DNA of 64,000 nt from Candidatus Bathyarchaeota archaeon (GCA_963733055.1 CAVTBR010000003.1:64001-128000), one strand, 5' to 3'; positions 1-11,221 are shown, counted from the first letter of the stretch. Notes: generated from the letters alone by a model not told the origin. Program-made: numbers and translations.

Positions 1-1
1 A

Positions 2-439
2 CTCACCACAGACCAAAGGCGTCAATTAGTCGAGGACAAGCGCAAGCAGATCATTGCCTTTGTCGCCAGAAACTGCATCGACCCAAGAAGTGGGACGCCC
101 CATCCACCAATACGCATCGAACAGGCAATGAATCAGATCAAGTACTCCATTGATCCTTTCAAGAACGCCGATGAACAAGCGAAGGATGTGATAGAGGAGC
201 TCAGGACACTTCTACCGATCAAGATGGAGCAGATGCGTGTCGCGATTAAGATTCTTGCGGAATTTGCGCCTAAGGGGTATGGAGCGGTTAAGGGATATGG
301 GACGATCAGCAGGGAGGAGTGGCAGGCCGATGGGGCGCTCGTTGCGGTGGTTGAAATGCCCGCTGGCCTTTATGGGCCGTTCGTTGAGAGGCTTGGCAAG
401 ATCACTCAGGGTACAATTCAGACAAAGATACTGAAGTAG
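2..439 (+). CDS. Ribosome maturation factor SBDS/Sdo1, 5'-truncated by window edge
   Basis: Frame open from base 2: LTTDQRRQLVEDKRKQII..NCIDPRSGTPHPPIRIEQAM..IDPFK, typical of archaeal SBDS; lies upstream of exosome genes. Confidence 0.93.
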   Translation, partial: LTTDQRRQLVEDKRKQIIAFVARNCIDPRSGTPHPPIRIEQAMNQIKYSIDPFKNADEQAKDVIEELRTLLPIKMEQMRVAIKILAEFAPKGYGAVKGYGTISREEWQADGALVAVVEMPAGLYGPFVERLGKITQGTIQTKILK

Positions 440-531
440 GTAGCCTAACGCAGACCTCGTATTCGACCTTAGTCCACTTTGGGCGATCGAGCTACCGATT
501 TATCTGAATAGGCTGGAAATCGTGACTAGGG

Positions 532-831
532 TTGCGAGGGAGCCGCTTTCGAAAATGGGCAGTAGTTGCGGCGGGCATATTCCTTCTCCTTCTCTTCGTA
601 TACCTGTTAGGAACCCACAGTTCTTTTTACGGCACGACCTCAACGTCGACCGGAAACACTGCTACCGTTAACTCTCTTGTTACTAACTCGCCAATTTACA
701 TGCCCTTGCCTCCAATCTCATCTTCTCCGACCCCCAAACCACCCCAAACACTTCTCGTAGCCGGGTCGCTTATCATCCTCGTGACAGCAGCTCTCCTAGG
801 AGCACTGATTTGGAAGCGAAGAAAGAGATAG
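532..831 (+). CDS. Small membrane protein, unknown function
   Basis: TTG start; N-terminal hydrophobic helix, Thr/Ser/Pro-rich linker, C-terminal TM and basic tail (WKRRKR). Confidence 0.65.
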   Translation: MRGSRFRKWAVVAAGIFLLLLFVYLLGTHSSFYGTTSTSTGNTATVNSLVTNSPIYMPLPPISSSPTPKPPQTLLVAGSLIILVTAALLGALIWKRRKR

Positions 832-974
832 AGAGAATCAATCGCACCGGCCGAAATTCCCCCACACCAATTGAACCGAGAGGCAACATGTGGTCGCTTT
901 TGCGGAAAACTCAATGTATATCTAGCAGTTTCCTTGTTTTTCTCGAATTCATCTATATGATTGAGTTGGAATAG

Positions 975-1682
975 TTGACAGTCCTAGCAGAGAGAAAACA
1001 GTTAGTCGGCCCAGGGGATGTTCTCGCAGAAGGCCCATACTTTGCGGGCGAGAACACATACCGTGAGGGGTCTAAGATTTTCGCCTCACGTGTGGGGATG
1101 GCTGATGTAGTCGGGAACAAGCTGATAGTCATGCCCGTCAAGGGAGCATACATCCCTCGCATGGACGACATCGTCCTCGGTCGAGTCTTTGACATTGGAA
1201 TGTCGGGGTGGCAAGTGGATATCTACGCACCCTACCCTGCAATGTTACCCGCCTCGGAAACTCCTATGCACCGAGGACGCGATTCAGTTCGTCGAGATCT
1301 CCGTAGCATCTATGGCGTCGGAGATCTTATGATCGCTCAGGTCATCGCGTTCGACAGGACCCGTGATCCTCTCTTGACGACAAAAGGGAGAGGACTGGGC
1401 AAGGTGTCTTCAGGGCGCGTGGTGCGCATCAACAATACGAAGATACCGCGAATCATCGGGAAGAAAGGCTCGATGATAACAATGTTGAAGAAGGAGACTG
1501 GAACCGATATCGTACCAGGCCAAAACGGCGTAATCTTGGTTACTGGAAGAAATCCTGACCAGGAACTGATAGCTGTAGAAGCTATCTACATGATCGAACG
1601 AGAAGCGCATACTTCAGGTCTGACAGATCGAGTGAAGGCAATGATAATGGAGCGCATGAAGGGAATAAGCGTTGGGCAATAA
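975..1682 (+). CDS. rrp4: Exosome RNA-binding protein Rrp4
   Basis: S1 and KH domains (PRIIGKKGSM, GQNG), EAHTSGLTDR motif; operon context. Confidence 0.96.
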   Translation: MTVLAERKQLVGPGDVLAEGPYFAGENTYREGSKIFASRVGMADVVGNKLIVMPVKGAYIPRMDDIVLGRVFDIGMSGWQVDIYAPYPAMLPASETPMHRGRDSVRRDLRSIYGVGDLMIAQVIAFDRTRDPLLTTKGRGLGKVSSGRVVRINNTKIPRIIGKKGSMITMLKKETGTDIVPGQNGVILVTGRNPDQELIAVEAIYMIEREAHTSGLTDRVKAMIMERMKGISVGQ

Positions 1683-2436
1683 AGAACAAGTGCAGCTGAT
1701 TAATCAAAACGGACTCCGCGTGGACGGCCGACGGCTTGATGAACTGCGGCCAATCAAATTGGAAGTTGGAGTACTCGACAAGGCAGATGGTTCGGCTTAC
1801 ATCGAGCATGGGAGGAATAAGATTCTAGCAGCGGTATTCGGCCCTCGCGAGGCACATCCAAAGCATATCGCGCTCGCCGACAGAGCTGTTGTGAAGTGCA
1901 GGTATCATATGGCACCGTTCTCGACGGACGAAAGGAAGTCACCTGCCCCATCCAGGCGTGAGCTCGAACTCTCCAAGGTCATCAGAGAATCGCTTGAGCC
2001 TTCGATAATGTCGGAGTATTTCCCGAGGTCAACTATTGACATCATCATTGAGGTTCTTCAGGCGGATGCGGGAACGAGATGTGCTGGGATTACTGCCGCC
2101 TCCCTGGCTCTGGCAGATGCCGGAATTCCATTGCGGGAGCTGGTCGCCGCGTGTGCGGCTGGTAAGATAGATGGCAAGGTAGTTCTAGACCTTTCTGATA
2201 TCGAGGACAAGAAGGGCGATGCGGACCTGCCCGTGGCCTATATGCCGAAATCGAACGCAATTGGGTTGCTACAAATGGATGGCTCGATGACTGAAGATGA
2301 ATTGAAACAGGCTTTAGAGATTGCGGTTAACGCTTGCAAGACGATATACGACATGCAGCGCGACGCCCTTCGGCGAAAGTACCATATCGAGCGAGATGAG
2401 TCTGAGACTGAAGAAGTTGCGGAGGTCAAAGCATAA
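1672..2436 (+). CDS. rrp41: Exosome exonuclease Rrp41
   Basis: RNase PH fold: RVDGRRLDELRP, YHMAPFS, QADAGTR, DLSDIED. Confidence 0.97.
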   Translation: MGNKEQVQLINQNGLRVDGRRLDELRPIKLEVGVLDKADGSAYIEHGRNKILAAVFGPREAHPKHIALADRAVVKCRYHMAPFSTDERKSPAPSRRELELSKVIRESLEPSIMSEYFPRSTIDIIIEVLQADAGTRCAGITAASLALADAGIPLRELVAACAAGKIDGKVVLDLSDIEDKKGDADLPVAYMPKSNAIGLLQMDGSMTEDELKQALEIAVNACKTIYDMQRDALRRKYHIERDESETEEVAEVKA

Positions 2437-3251
2437 TGTCCGCGACACGCCAACCTTCCCCGCTTGCAAAGCTCGAACAGAAAACTGTGCGCGACCTAAT
2501 TCTGAAGGGCAAGCGGATTGATGAACGAGGCCCGTTAGACTACCGGCCTCTTACGATTACGCTTGGAATTGTGGAGAAGGCTAACGGATCTGCTCAAGTT
2601 TACCTGGGCAAGACCAGGGTCCTGGCTGGGGTGAAGGTGCAAGTTGGCACCCCTTTTCCAGATACTCCGAATGAAGGGATACTCACAGTCAACGCGGAAT
2701 TCGTTCCGCTCGCCTACCCTACATTTGAGGCAGGTCCGCCCGACGAGAATTCAATTGAACTTGCGCGCGTCGTGGATCGCGGAATACGTGAATCGAAAGC
2801 AATAGACCTTGCCAAGATGTGCATTGACCCCGGGAAGAAAGTTCTCGTGGTTTTCGTGGACATTTACATTCTTGATCATGACGGAAACCTGATTGACGCA
2901 GCGGGATTGGCGGCGCTGGGAGCACTCGTAAACTCGAAAATGCAGGCATTTGACGTAAAAGGCGGCGAGATCAAGTACAAAGACTCGCAAATCCCTCTCC
3001 CGATGCAAAACTACCCCGTTCCCGTCACATCCGTGAAACTTGACAGTTCGGTCATCGTTGATCCATGCCTCGAGGAGGAACAAGTCATGAGTTGCCGGCT
3101 AACCGTCACGACCGACAAGAATGACAATATTTGCGCCATGCAGAAAGGCGGATTAGGCGTCTTTACCCCTGAGGAAATAACGCAGACCATCTCGTCTTCG
3201 GTGCGCAAATCGAGAGAACTACGTGAGAAGATTCTTTCGAAAGTGAACTAA
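2436..3251 (+). CDS. rrp42: Exosome subunit Rrp42
   Basis: PFPDTPNEG, GPPDENSIELARVVDRGIRES, DHDGNLIDA. Confidence 0.97.
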   Translation: MSATRQPSPLAKLEQKTVRDLILKGKRIDERGPLDYRPLTITLGIVEKANGSAQVYLGKTRVLAGVKVQVGTPFPDTPNEGILTVNAEFVPLAYPTFEAGPPDENSIELARVVDRGIRESKAIDLAKMCIDPGKKVLVVFVDIYILDHDGNLIDAAGLAALGALVNSKMQAFDVKGGEIKYKDSQIPLPMQNYPVPVTSVKLDSSVIVDPCLEEEQVMSCRLTVTTDKNDNICAMQKGGLGVFTPEEITQTISSSVRKSRELREKILSKVN

Positions 3252-3252
3252 C

Positions 3253-3654
3253 GTGGGCAGAACATACAAGGTAGGCCCATCAGGAAGCTTTGGAGCGCGA
3301 TATGGAACAGTCGCGCGTAAGAGATACTCCGTCATCATGACTGGAATGAAAGCACCACACGAATGCCCTCAGTGCCATATCAGCACAGTCAAACGCCTCT
3401 CTGTCGGAATCTGGCTCTGCGGTAGCTGCGGGTTCAAGTTCGCTGGCGGCGCCTACTTGCCGACAACAAAACTTGGTCAAGTAGCTGAAAGAGCGTCCCG
3501 CGCCGGCGTGGCGAGCAGTGCGGTCGCCGAGCTCAAAGCCGAGAAAGCACGGCAGATGGAAGCCGAAACCAAGGCCAAGATTGCGAAACGAAGGCGCAGA
3601 AAAGCCAAAACCGAAAAAGAACCGGAGAAAACCGTCGAAGAGAAGACCGAGTAA
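3253..3654 (+). CDS. rpl37ae: 50S ribosomal protein L37ae (eL43) with long C-terminal extension
   Basis: FGARYG, CPQC..GIWLCGSC..FAGGAY zinc ribbon. Confidence 0.94.
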   Translation: MGRTYKVGPSGSFGARYGTVARKRYSVIMTGMKAPHECPQCHISTVKRLSVGIWLCGSCGFKFAGGAYLPTTKLGQVAERASRAGVASSAVAELKAEKARQMEAETKAKIAKRRRRKAKTEKEPEKTVEEKTE

Positions 3655-3734
3655 AGCATCAAACCCGATTACCCCGACACACAACGTGACACGCAAATAC
3701 GCGCCTGACTCACAACGGTCCAAAGACGTAGAAA

Positions 3735-4034
3735 ATGAAACGATCCAAGAGCAGGGCAGAAGCAAGAATCACCGCCCGGTTCAAGCCGCGCCAACAAATG
3801 GAAGCAATCGCCGAATCCCTATGCCCTGAAATGTTGTACCCGGCCGGCGAAAAGGCGACCGCGAGAATCACAAAGAAAGGAAACACGCTAAAACTCCAAT
3901 TCAAGGCAAGAGATACTGCTGCCTTGAGGGCGATATTGACTTCATACCTCAGATTATTGGGGACAGCCGTAAACGTTTCAAGATCGCTCCAGGAATTAGA
4001 AATGAAACGTAAACCAAACCTGCTCAGGCACTGA
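3735..4034 (+). CDS. pcc1: KEOPS complex subunit Pcc1-like
   Basis: SLCPE and ARDTAALRAILTSYLRLL motifs; usual position in exosome superoperon. Confidence 0.8.
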   Translation: MKRSKSRAEARITARFKPRQQMEAIAESLCPEMLYPAGEKATARITKKGNTLKLQFKARDTAALRAILTSYLRLLGTAVNVSRSLQELEMKRKPNLLRH

Positions 4035-4056
4035 CTCGGAATAGATATGATGCCAG

Positions 4057-5267
4057 ATGATTGAGATTATAGATTCCGAGATGCGGTCGAAAGGGATTGA
4101 TGGAATTGTCGTGTTTGGAGAAACGACTCTCGCGGACCCGGACCTTACCTATGTCGTAGGAGGAGTACTTCCTCGAGGTGGCACGTACTTCAAGAAACGC
4201 GGCAGATCACCCCTACTCGTTGTCAGCAATTTGGACTACGGGTCAGCCAAGAGGGCGGGTAAAGTCAAGAGAATCCAAACTCTGACACAGTGTGGATATG
4301 AGAAACTCCTCAAACGATTCGAGAACAGCGCCTTCCCACACCTCATCTCACAAATACTCAGAGCGGAAGGAGTTCGAGGAAAGGTAGTGCTCTTCGGCAG
4401 AAACGATTCGGCCAAGAGTTTACAATTGGCTGAGAGGCTGAAAAGATTAGGCGTCAACGTTACCGGACAACAATCCCCTACTACACTTGAGGCCGCACGA
4501 GATACGAAAGACCCCAAAGAGATTCAAGAGATTCAGAAGGTTGGAGGCAAAACAGCAAAGGTAGTCGATGAAGTACTTCATGCACTCCGGAATGCGAAGG
4601 AGAAACGCGGCCACTTGCAAATTGGAACGAAACATGCGACCGTTGGATTACTCAAATTCATGATCGCGTCGAAACTAGCTCGTGAAAAACTAATTGCGCC
4701 CGAGGGCACGATATTCGCGATTGGCCCGTCAGGGGCAGACCCCCACAACGCCGGGGTGGACCGGCAGAAATTAGAAAGGGAAAGCTGATTGTCTTTGACA
4801 TCTTCCCTCAAGCTACGAGTGGGTACTGGTTCGACATGACTCGAAGTTTTGTCGTGGGCAGGGCAGATTCGAGGGCGAGGAAAATGTTCGAGGCCGTCAA
4901 AACTGCTCAAATGGCCTCGCTTGATTTCTTGCGAGCCGGCGTAACGGGAGAGGCCGCCATGGAAGTCTCTTGCGACACTATAGAACGAGCCGGGTACAGA
5001 ACAGTGAGGGAGATTTTTCAAGGTAAGGCAAAGAGCATATCGGAGGGCTACATCCATTCGCTCGGGCACGGGGTCGGGCTTACCATCGGGGAAAGCCCCT
5101 ACCTTAGCCTCTCAGCAAAAGATCCACTGAAGAGCGGAGAGGTTGTCACTGTGGAACCGGGTGTCTACCTGCCAGGCTATGGTGGCGTTCGAATCGAGGA
5201 CACCGTTGCTGTCAAATCGAAACGCGTCGAGATCCTGGCGAAAGTTGAAAAGGAATTAGAGCTTTAA
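4057..5267 (+). CDS. Xaa-Pro peptidase (M24 family), frameshifted near 4760
   Basis: ORFs 4057-4788 and 4836-5267 join via IVFDIFPQ..GYWFDMTR; HSLGHGVG, VTVEPG, GGVRIED motifs; about 1 nt missing. Confidence 0.88.
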
Positions 5268-5276
5268 CTAATCCAG

Positions 5277-5775
5277 GTGTTCCACCTTAAACACCCTCAT
5301 CGTTGACGTAGCCGTTCCCGACGGTTGCAATGTCATCTTTGGACAAAGCCATTTCATCAAGACGGTAGAAGACCTTCACGAGGCCATGGTCAACGCCGTT
5401 CCGAACGCGAAATTCGGGATCGCGTTCTGTGAATCGAGCGGACCTTGCCTGGTTCGATCAGAGGGAAATGACCCTGACCTTAAGCAGTTGGCCTCGAAGA
5501 CTGCGCTTCAGCTCGCGGCTGGACATAGTTTCATAATATTCATGCGCAACATGTTTCCAATAAACGTCCTCGACAAGGTGAAAGCTGTCCCGGAAGTTTG
5601 CAACATCTACTTGGCCAGCGCAAATCCTTTCCAAGTCATCTTGGCCGAAACGGGCCAAGGACGTGGAATCCTAGGAGTCGTCGATGGTTTCGCATCTAAA
5701 GGAATCGAGACGGAAAAGGACGTCCGAGATAGGAAGGATTTCCTTAGGAAGATCGGTTACAAGCTTTCAACTTGA
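5277..5775 (+). CDS. Adenosine-specific kinase / DUF355 family protein (start uncertain, probable 1-nt indel after GTG 5277)
   Basis: [41 protein letters not shown]; homologous frame extends upstream of the track ATG. Confidence 0.85.
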
Positions 5776-7200
5776 TTTCTTACGATCACTAGACGCTAAA
5801 TACCACCGCGTCCCAGCGGCAGTGTCTTCAAGTCCAATCCCAGAAGCTAGGATTTCATCTCTCAAGCGATCCGCACTGGTCCAGTCGCCCCGTTTTCTCG
5901 CGTCCTCTCGTAATCGCAGTATGACATTCAACAGGTCATCGATGACATCGTGTTGGCCGGCTTGGTTGGATGTCAGAATTCCGAAGACGTTTCCGAAGTA
6001 GCCGAGAGTCTTGGAGACCAGTTCAGCTGAGGCCCCGTCAATCTTGCGCGCCGCATATGCCTCCGCATCCTTTGCGTATGCGATCATCGTTGCCAAGGCA
6101 CGGGGAGTATTGAAGTCGTCGTCCATGGCCTCATTGAATTCGACAATTGCTTTCGCGGATAGCTTCTGAATGGGTTCTGCTGCGTCCTGTTCAGCGTGAC
6201 CATTCGACTCTGCTTTCGCTCTGAATTCGTTGTATACAGACCTTAGTTTGTCCAGAACTTCCTCTGCTTGTTGGATGTCTGCTTCGTTGAAGCTGAGTTG
6301 GGATCGGTAATGTCTCATTCCGTAGTACAAACGAAGGGCTTCGGCATCATGCTTTCGGAGCGTATCCGCAATCGTAATGAAGTTGCCGAGTGAATGGCCC
6401 ATGCGTTCTCCGCTTATCGTGAGGAGCCCACCGTGTACCCAGAATCGAACTAGGGGAGAAACCCCTGTCGCAGCCTCTGCCTGAGCAATTTCGGCTTCGT
6501 GGTGGGGGAAGATCAAGTCGAGGCCGCCTCCGTGGATGTCATAAGTTGGGCCGAAATAGTTAGTGGTAATCGCCGTATCCTCGATATGCCATCCAGGTCT
6601 GCCCTTTCCCCAAGGGCTGTCCCACCAGGGTTCTCCTGGTTTCGCGCTCTTCCATAAGGCGAAATCAGCATGGCTCTTCTTTCGCGGGTCGGGGTCGATT
6701 CTGTGTATGACGAGTTGTTCAACTTTCTGTCCAGAAAGTTTACCGTAATCAGGGAATTTGGAAACGTCATAGTAGACGTCGCCCTCGACTTGGTACGCGA
6801 AGCCCTTAGCGATTAGTGTGGAGATCTGTGCAATGATTTCTGGAATATGCTCGGACGCTTTCGCGTATAGGTTGACACTTGTAATTCCCAGTGCCGCCAT
6901 GTCTCTCATGAATTCTTTCGTGAAATTGTCAGCCATCCTCAATGGATCCTCGCCAGAAGCATTCGCTCGGTTGATGATCTTGTCTTCAACGTCCGTGACG
7001 TTCATGAGGTAATACAGGCTGTATCCTTTGGCCCGAAGATATCGAGCAATTATGTCGTAGGCAAGATAAGTGCGAGCGTGGCCGATGTGGCTGTGGTCGT
7101 AGACTGTAGGGCCGCATACGAACATTTGGACTCTATTTCCGTGCTGAGGTGTAAACCCTTCGACGGTTCGCGTCCTGGTGTTGTATATCCTAAGACCCAT
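5767..7200 (-). CDS. cysS: Cysteine--tRNA ligase
   Basis: [43 protein letters not shown]. Confidence 0.96.
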   Translation of the reverse strand: MGLRIYNTRTRTVEGFTPQHGNRVQMFVCGPTVYDHSHIGHARTYLAYDIIARYLRAKGYSLYYLMNVTDVEDKIINRANASGEDPLRMADNFTKEFMRDMAALGITSVNLYAKASEHIPEIIAQISTLIAKGFAYQVEGDVYYDVSKFPDYGKLSGQKVEQLVIHRIDPDPRKKSHADFALWKSAKPGEPWWDSPWGKGRPGWHIEDTAITTNYFGPTYDIHGGGLDLIFPHHEAEIAQAEAATGVSPLVRFWVHGGLLTISGERMGHSLGNFITIADTLRKHDAEALRLYYGMRHYRSQLSFNEADIQQAEEVLDKLRSVYNEFRAKAESNGHAEQDAAEPIQKLSAKAIVEFNEAMDDDFNTPRALATMIAYAKDAEAYAARKIDGASAELVSKTLGYFGNVFGILTSNQAGQHDVIDDLLNVILRLREDARKRGDWTSADRLRDEILASGIGLEDTAAGTRWYLASSDRKKSS

Positions 7201-7499
7201 GCCAAACTTCCTCTCTTGTAAGAAGGACAGGCGAGATAAGCAACTTCGCTTTAGTCAGTCGTAGGGAAAATGGTTCGAGAACAAATACGGTCACCCATCT
7301 TTCCTCACTGGTTGCGATTGGTTCAAGAAGATCTAATTAATCTTATGATCAAATCGGAATCCAAATCCGGAACCAATCCTGATTCGGGAGACAATTGGAG
7401 GGCGGATAGGTCGGCGAGCGATGATTCGGGGTACTTGTTTACCCTCACACATATATTGAACCGACCGGTTCCAGTCTGCAAAAATGGATGATTATCATT

Positions 7500-8767
7500 A
7501 TGGCTCAAGCGGTTCTCAAAACTGAGAAGAAAACAGAGGAAGTAGTGCAACCGGAAGTGAATATTGGGACGCTTGGGCACGTTGACAACGGCAAGAGCAC
7601 ACTTGTTCAGGCTCTGACCGGACAGTGGACTGCGCGCCACTCTGAGGAACTGCGAAGAGGAATTACGATTAGAATAGGATATGCTGACGCTTTCATATAC
7701 AAGTGCCCAACGTGTCGCGCTCCAAGTAACTACACGGTGCACCCAAAATGCCCTAACTGCGGTAGCGAGGCAAAGCTCATGCGGGCAGTAAGTTTCGTCG
7801 ACTGCCCCGGACACCATAGTCTCATGGTCACTATGCTCTCAGGCTCGGCACTGATGGATGGCGCATTGTTTGTCTTGGCAAGCAGCGCAAAATGTCCTCA
7901 GGCCCAAGACAGAGAGCACCTGCTTGCCGGGAGAGCGTTGGCATTAAGAAGCTCGTTATCGTGCAAAACAAGATTGATGTTGTCACAAAAGAGAGGGCGC
8001 AGGAGAATTACAAGGAGATTCGGGCATTTGTTAAAGGGACCATCGCGGATGGAGCCCCCATCATCCCGATTTCCGCTCAGCACGGAACGAATATTGACGT
8101 GCTACTGAAGGAAATCGAGGATAACATTCCTACCCCGAAGCGTGACTTTACGGCCCCGCCTAGGCTGTACGTTTTGCGTTCCTTCGAGGTAAACAAGCCT
8201 GGGACCGAAATCGATGACCTAGTTGGGGGAGTGATCGGGGGGTCGATCGTACAGGGCCTCTTTCGTGTCGGCGACCAGATCGAAATAAAGCCGGGCATTC
8301 CAATTCAAGAAGGAGGAAAGACTCGGTACGAGAGGTTACTCACGACAGTAAGAAGCCTTAGCGTTAGCCGGGGACAGGTGCAAGAGGCGAAAAGCGGAGG
8401 ATTGGTCGGCCTCGGAACTGACTTAGATCCTTCACTCACAAAGTCCGACGGGCTTGTCGGGAGCGTCGCCGGAAAAGTTGACACTCTGCCACCCACTGTG
8501 GGGAAGATAACTCTCGAAGTGAGCCTTTTCGAAAAGGTCGTAGGGACCGAGTTAGCCGTTCCGGTTGAGAAGATCAGAACAAACGAGGCTCTCGTGTTGA
8601 ACGTGGGAACAACCGTTACCTCAGGGCTAGTGAGTTCAGCTCGAGAATCCTTGATTGATGTTACGCTCAAGAAACCTGTGTGCGCCGAGCCCGGGTCGAA
8701 GGTCGCAATAAGTCGAAGAATCTCGGACAGCTGGCGGTTGATTGGTTTCGGAGCACTGAAGGCCTAG
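7500..8767 (+). CDS. eif2g: Translation initiation factor aIF2 gamma, frameshifted near 7930
   Basis: [24 protein letters not shown], then QNKID..WRLIGFG in the second frame; one base missing. Confidence 0.95.
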
Positions 8768-8769
8768 AA

Positions 8770-9177
8770 ATGCCCGTCAAAGTAATTCTCGATTCCAACT
8801 TTCTGATGATACCGTTCCAGTTCCACCTGGATATCTTTCAAGAGTTGGAATACTTATTCCAGAAGAAAGTCGACCTCGTAGTTCCTTCCGCCGTTAAGAG
8901 TGAACTTACACAGATTTCAGCGCGAGGCGGAGAAGGCGCTGCTGAAGCTTCATTGGCACTTCAGCTTGCATCACGCTGCCGCGTAGTTGAAGTGGCACTC
9001 AACCCAGGTGAGACGGTCGATGATGCAATAGTTAAGGCGTCCCAAAAGCTTGGGGCCGTCGTCGCGACGAACGACATCGAACTCAAAAAGAAGCTAAGAG
9101 ATATTAACATCCCGGTTGTGTACCTCAGAGATAAATCAAAACTAGAAGTCGAAGGTATCGAGCCTGCCTACTTCTAG
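8770..9177 (+). CDS. PIN-domain protein (Fcf1/Utp24-like)
   Basis: VILDSNFL..VDDAI..VATND; conserved location between aIF2g and rpoE1. Confidence 0.9.
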   Translation: MPVKVILDSNFLMIPFQFHLDIFQELEYLFQKKVDLVVPSAVKSELTQISARGGEGAAEASLALQLASRCRVVEVALNPGETVDDAIVKASQKLGAVVATNDIELKKKLRDINIPVVYLRDKSKLEVEGIEPAYF

Positions 9178-9209
9178 ACCGACATGATGCTTACGCGAGG
9201 ATAAGAAAA

Positions 9210-9785
9210 ATGTTCAGATTGGTAACCGTGGAGGACATAGTTAGGATTCCGCCGCAAAGCTTCGGGCATCCCATCGACAAGGCCGCGAAAGATCAGATCA
9301 AACTAAAATACGAAAACGTAGTCGACGAAGAACTAGGGTATGTAATCCTCGTTGTAGACGTTGACGTCGATGCAGTGGGAAAGATTCTGCCCGGAGACGG
9401 CTCGACGTATCATAAGGTCAGTTTCAAATTGCTATCATTCTACCCTGAAATGCATGAGGTCGTCGAGGGCGAAGTCGTAGAGGTTACTGATTTCGGGGCT
9501 TTCGTTAGGATCGGACCCGAGGACGCACTGCTTCACGTTTCGCAGATCATGGACGATTACATCTCCTTCGATGAGAAGCATGGAGTACTTGTTGGCAAAG
9601 AGTCGCAAAGGAAGTTAGGTAAGGGCGATATGGTGAGAGGACGCATTATTGCTGTAAGTTTCCCTCGCGGCGGAGCAGGAGGCAAGATCGGTATCACTAT
9701 GCGCCAGCCTTTCCTCGGCAAGCTCGACTGGATTGAAGGCGATATCAAACGGACAAAGGTCGTTCGTGAGGAGAAGGCTTCTTGA
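9210..9785 (+). CDS. rpoE1: RNA polymerase subunit Rpo7 (E')
   Basis: FGAFVRIGPEDALLHVSQIMDD, TMRQPFLGKLDW. Confidence 0.96.
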   Translation: MFRLVTVEDIVRIPPQSFGHPIDKAAKDQIKLKYENVVDEELGYVILVVDVDVDAVGKILPGDGSTYHKVSFKLLSFYPEMHEVVEGEVVEVTDFGAFVRIGPEDALLHVSQIMDDYISFDEKHGVLVGKESQRKLGKGDMVRGRIIAVSFPRGGAGGKIGITMRQPFLGKLDWIEGDIKRTKVVREEKAS

Positions 9786-9967
9786 CGGACAAGGCGTGCA
9801 AGAATTGCAGATACATCAGTAATGGCCCGATTTGTCCGAACTGTAAGTCGACGAACCTGAGCGACGATTGGAGCGGGCTTGTGGTTATCGTGGACCCCAA
9901 CGCGTCCGATGTCGCGAAAAGAATGGGCATCAAAGCCGCAGGACGATACGCAGTACGTGTCCGCTGA
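9782..9967 (+). CDS. spt4: Transcription elongation factor Spt4 (RpoE'')
   Basis: ACKNC..CPNC..WSG..DP..S..GRYAVRVR. Confidence 0.95.
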   Translation: MTDKACKNCRYISNGPICPNCKSTNLSDDWSGLVVIVDPNASDVAKRMGIKAAGRYAVRVR

Positions 9968-9993
9968 CGACCCTTAGCGACAAGCTGTTCCAC

Positions 9994-10512
9994 GTGACAA
10001 GTTACGTACTAACAGCAAAACTGAGAAAAACGCTCAGTCGGCCATTAGGCGTTCTCGTGTCAGGAAACGAAGATGAATGTAATCGAATCTTGAGGGAAGT
10101 CATCGCCAAGGAGAACCCAACCAAGGTAATTCTTGTAGGGGACACCGTATCTAGAAACGCAGCTCAGATGGGCATCAGATCAGATCTAATGATCATCGAT
10201 AACCTCAAGAAGCGGACTAAAGCAAAGCCATACACGTTTCAATCGAAGGTAAAGATCAGAACCACTAACCATGCCGGAATGATCGAGGCCAAAGCGAGGG
10301 AGGCCGTCGAGCAAGCCGTCCTCAGGGGGAGTGACCTAATTGAAGTGGACGGCGAGGAGGACTTACTTGCGATCGTTGCAGTGCAGACCTCGCCAGTTGG
10401 TTCGTTGGTAGTCTACGGGCAACCTGGCGAGGGCATTGTTCTCGTCAGGGTTTCAGAAGCAAAGAAAGCCGAGGCTCAGGCGATCATCGAGCAGATGGAG
10501 AAGAAAAGTTAG
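9994..10512 (+). CDS. GTP-dependent dephospho-CoA kinase (DUF359)
   Basis: VGDTVS, VDGEEDLL, VVYGQPGEG; start uncertain (GTG 9994 or CTG 9964). Confidence 0.88.
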   Translation: MTSYVLTAKLRKTLSRPLGVLVSGNEDECNRILREVIAKENPTKVILVGDTVSRNAAQMGIRSDLMIIDNLKKRTKAKPYTFQSKVKIRTTNHAGMIEAKAREAVEQAVLRGSDLIEVDGEEDLLAIVAVQTSPVGSLVVYGQPGEGIVLVRVSEAKKAEAQAIIEQMEKKS

Positions 10513-10514
10513 AA

Positions 10515-10733
10515 TTACTTAGCCTTAACGAAGTCTGTGAAGCTACAGGAACCGCAAGTCCACCGCTCCACCGGACTCTTATGATATGCCATAATGTTTC
10601 CGCAACGCGGGCATTTACGGTTCTTCAGTTTTATCGTTCCCTTTTCGGAATCAACTTCATAGAGGCCACCCAACCTCGCCTTGGGCCCTTTCTTCTCACT
10701 CGGCTTGCTCTCAGTCGCTTTGGTTTCGCTCAC
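10515..10733 (-). CDS. rps27ae: 30S ribosomal protein S27ae (eS31)
   Basis: KCPRCG..MAYH..RWTCGSC. Confidence 0.93.
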   Translation of the reverse strand: MSETKATESKPSEKKGPKARLGGLYEVDSEKGTIKLKNRKCPRCGNIMAYHKSPVERWTCGSCSFTDFVKAK

Positions 10734-11209
10734 TTGGCCTCACTATCCTTACCTTTCTTTGCAGCCTCACCAGCGGGTTTCCCCTCTGTCTTTGGCTTAG
10801 CTTCCTTTGCTTGCTCCGCAGGTTTCTCTGGCTTAGCCTCGGCGGCCGGCTTTCCGGCCTTAGGCTTCTCGGGCTTCGGCTTTGGTTCCTCTTTCTTTGC
10901 CTCCTGTTCCCTTACCTTCTTCCGTTCCTCGGGGGGAAGGTTGCGGGTCTGGATATACTTCGGGACTGTTTGCTTAGCAATTTCGGCGTCGTCATAAACT
11001 TCGACTGCGCAGACGGCGTTTTGTGTTCCGGTTCTGGTTTCCACATCTACAATGAACACGTTCTCGGGTTTAGTGTTATATTTCGAGGCAACCGCCTTTC
11101 GCAACTCCAATCTGGAAGGGGTCCCTTGGCGCTCATGATCGACTTCAATGTTCACTTCTTTACGTTTGAGAAGCGGATTATACGTGTCCTGTTTGACTTT
11201 GAAATCCAT
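10730..11209 (-). CDS. rps24e: 30S ribosomal protein S24e with K/E/P/A-rich tail
   Basis: NPLLKRKE..TPSR..VEVYD. Confidence 0.92.
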   Translation of the reverse strand: MDFKVKQDTYNPLLKRKEVNIEVDHERQGTPSRLELRKAVASKYNTKPENVFIVDVETRTGTQNAVCAVEVYDDAEIAKQTVPKYIQTRNLPPEERKKVREQEAKKEEPKPKPEKPKAGKPAAEAKPEKPAEQAKEAKPKTEGKPAGEAAKKGKDSEAK

Positions 11210-11221
11210 GGTAATGTCCGC

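Noticed and set aside
4745-4790. Frameshift in M24 peptidase with a CCGG/CCGG hairpin, considered as a second BHB intron
   Set aside because: The implied excision is 10 nt and creates a stop; adding one base repairs the gene, so an indel error is more likely
7350-7392. Degenerate AATC(C)GGAA repeats in the cysS/eif2g intergenic region
   Set aside because: Too short and irregular for a CRISPR, iteron or defined repeat
7920-7945. aIF2-gamma frameshift as programmed recoding or pseudogene
   Set aside because: Essential gene, repaired by one base, no slippery site or BHB; fits the window-wide indel pattern
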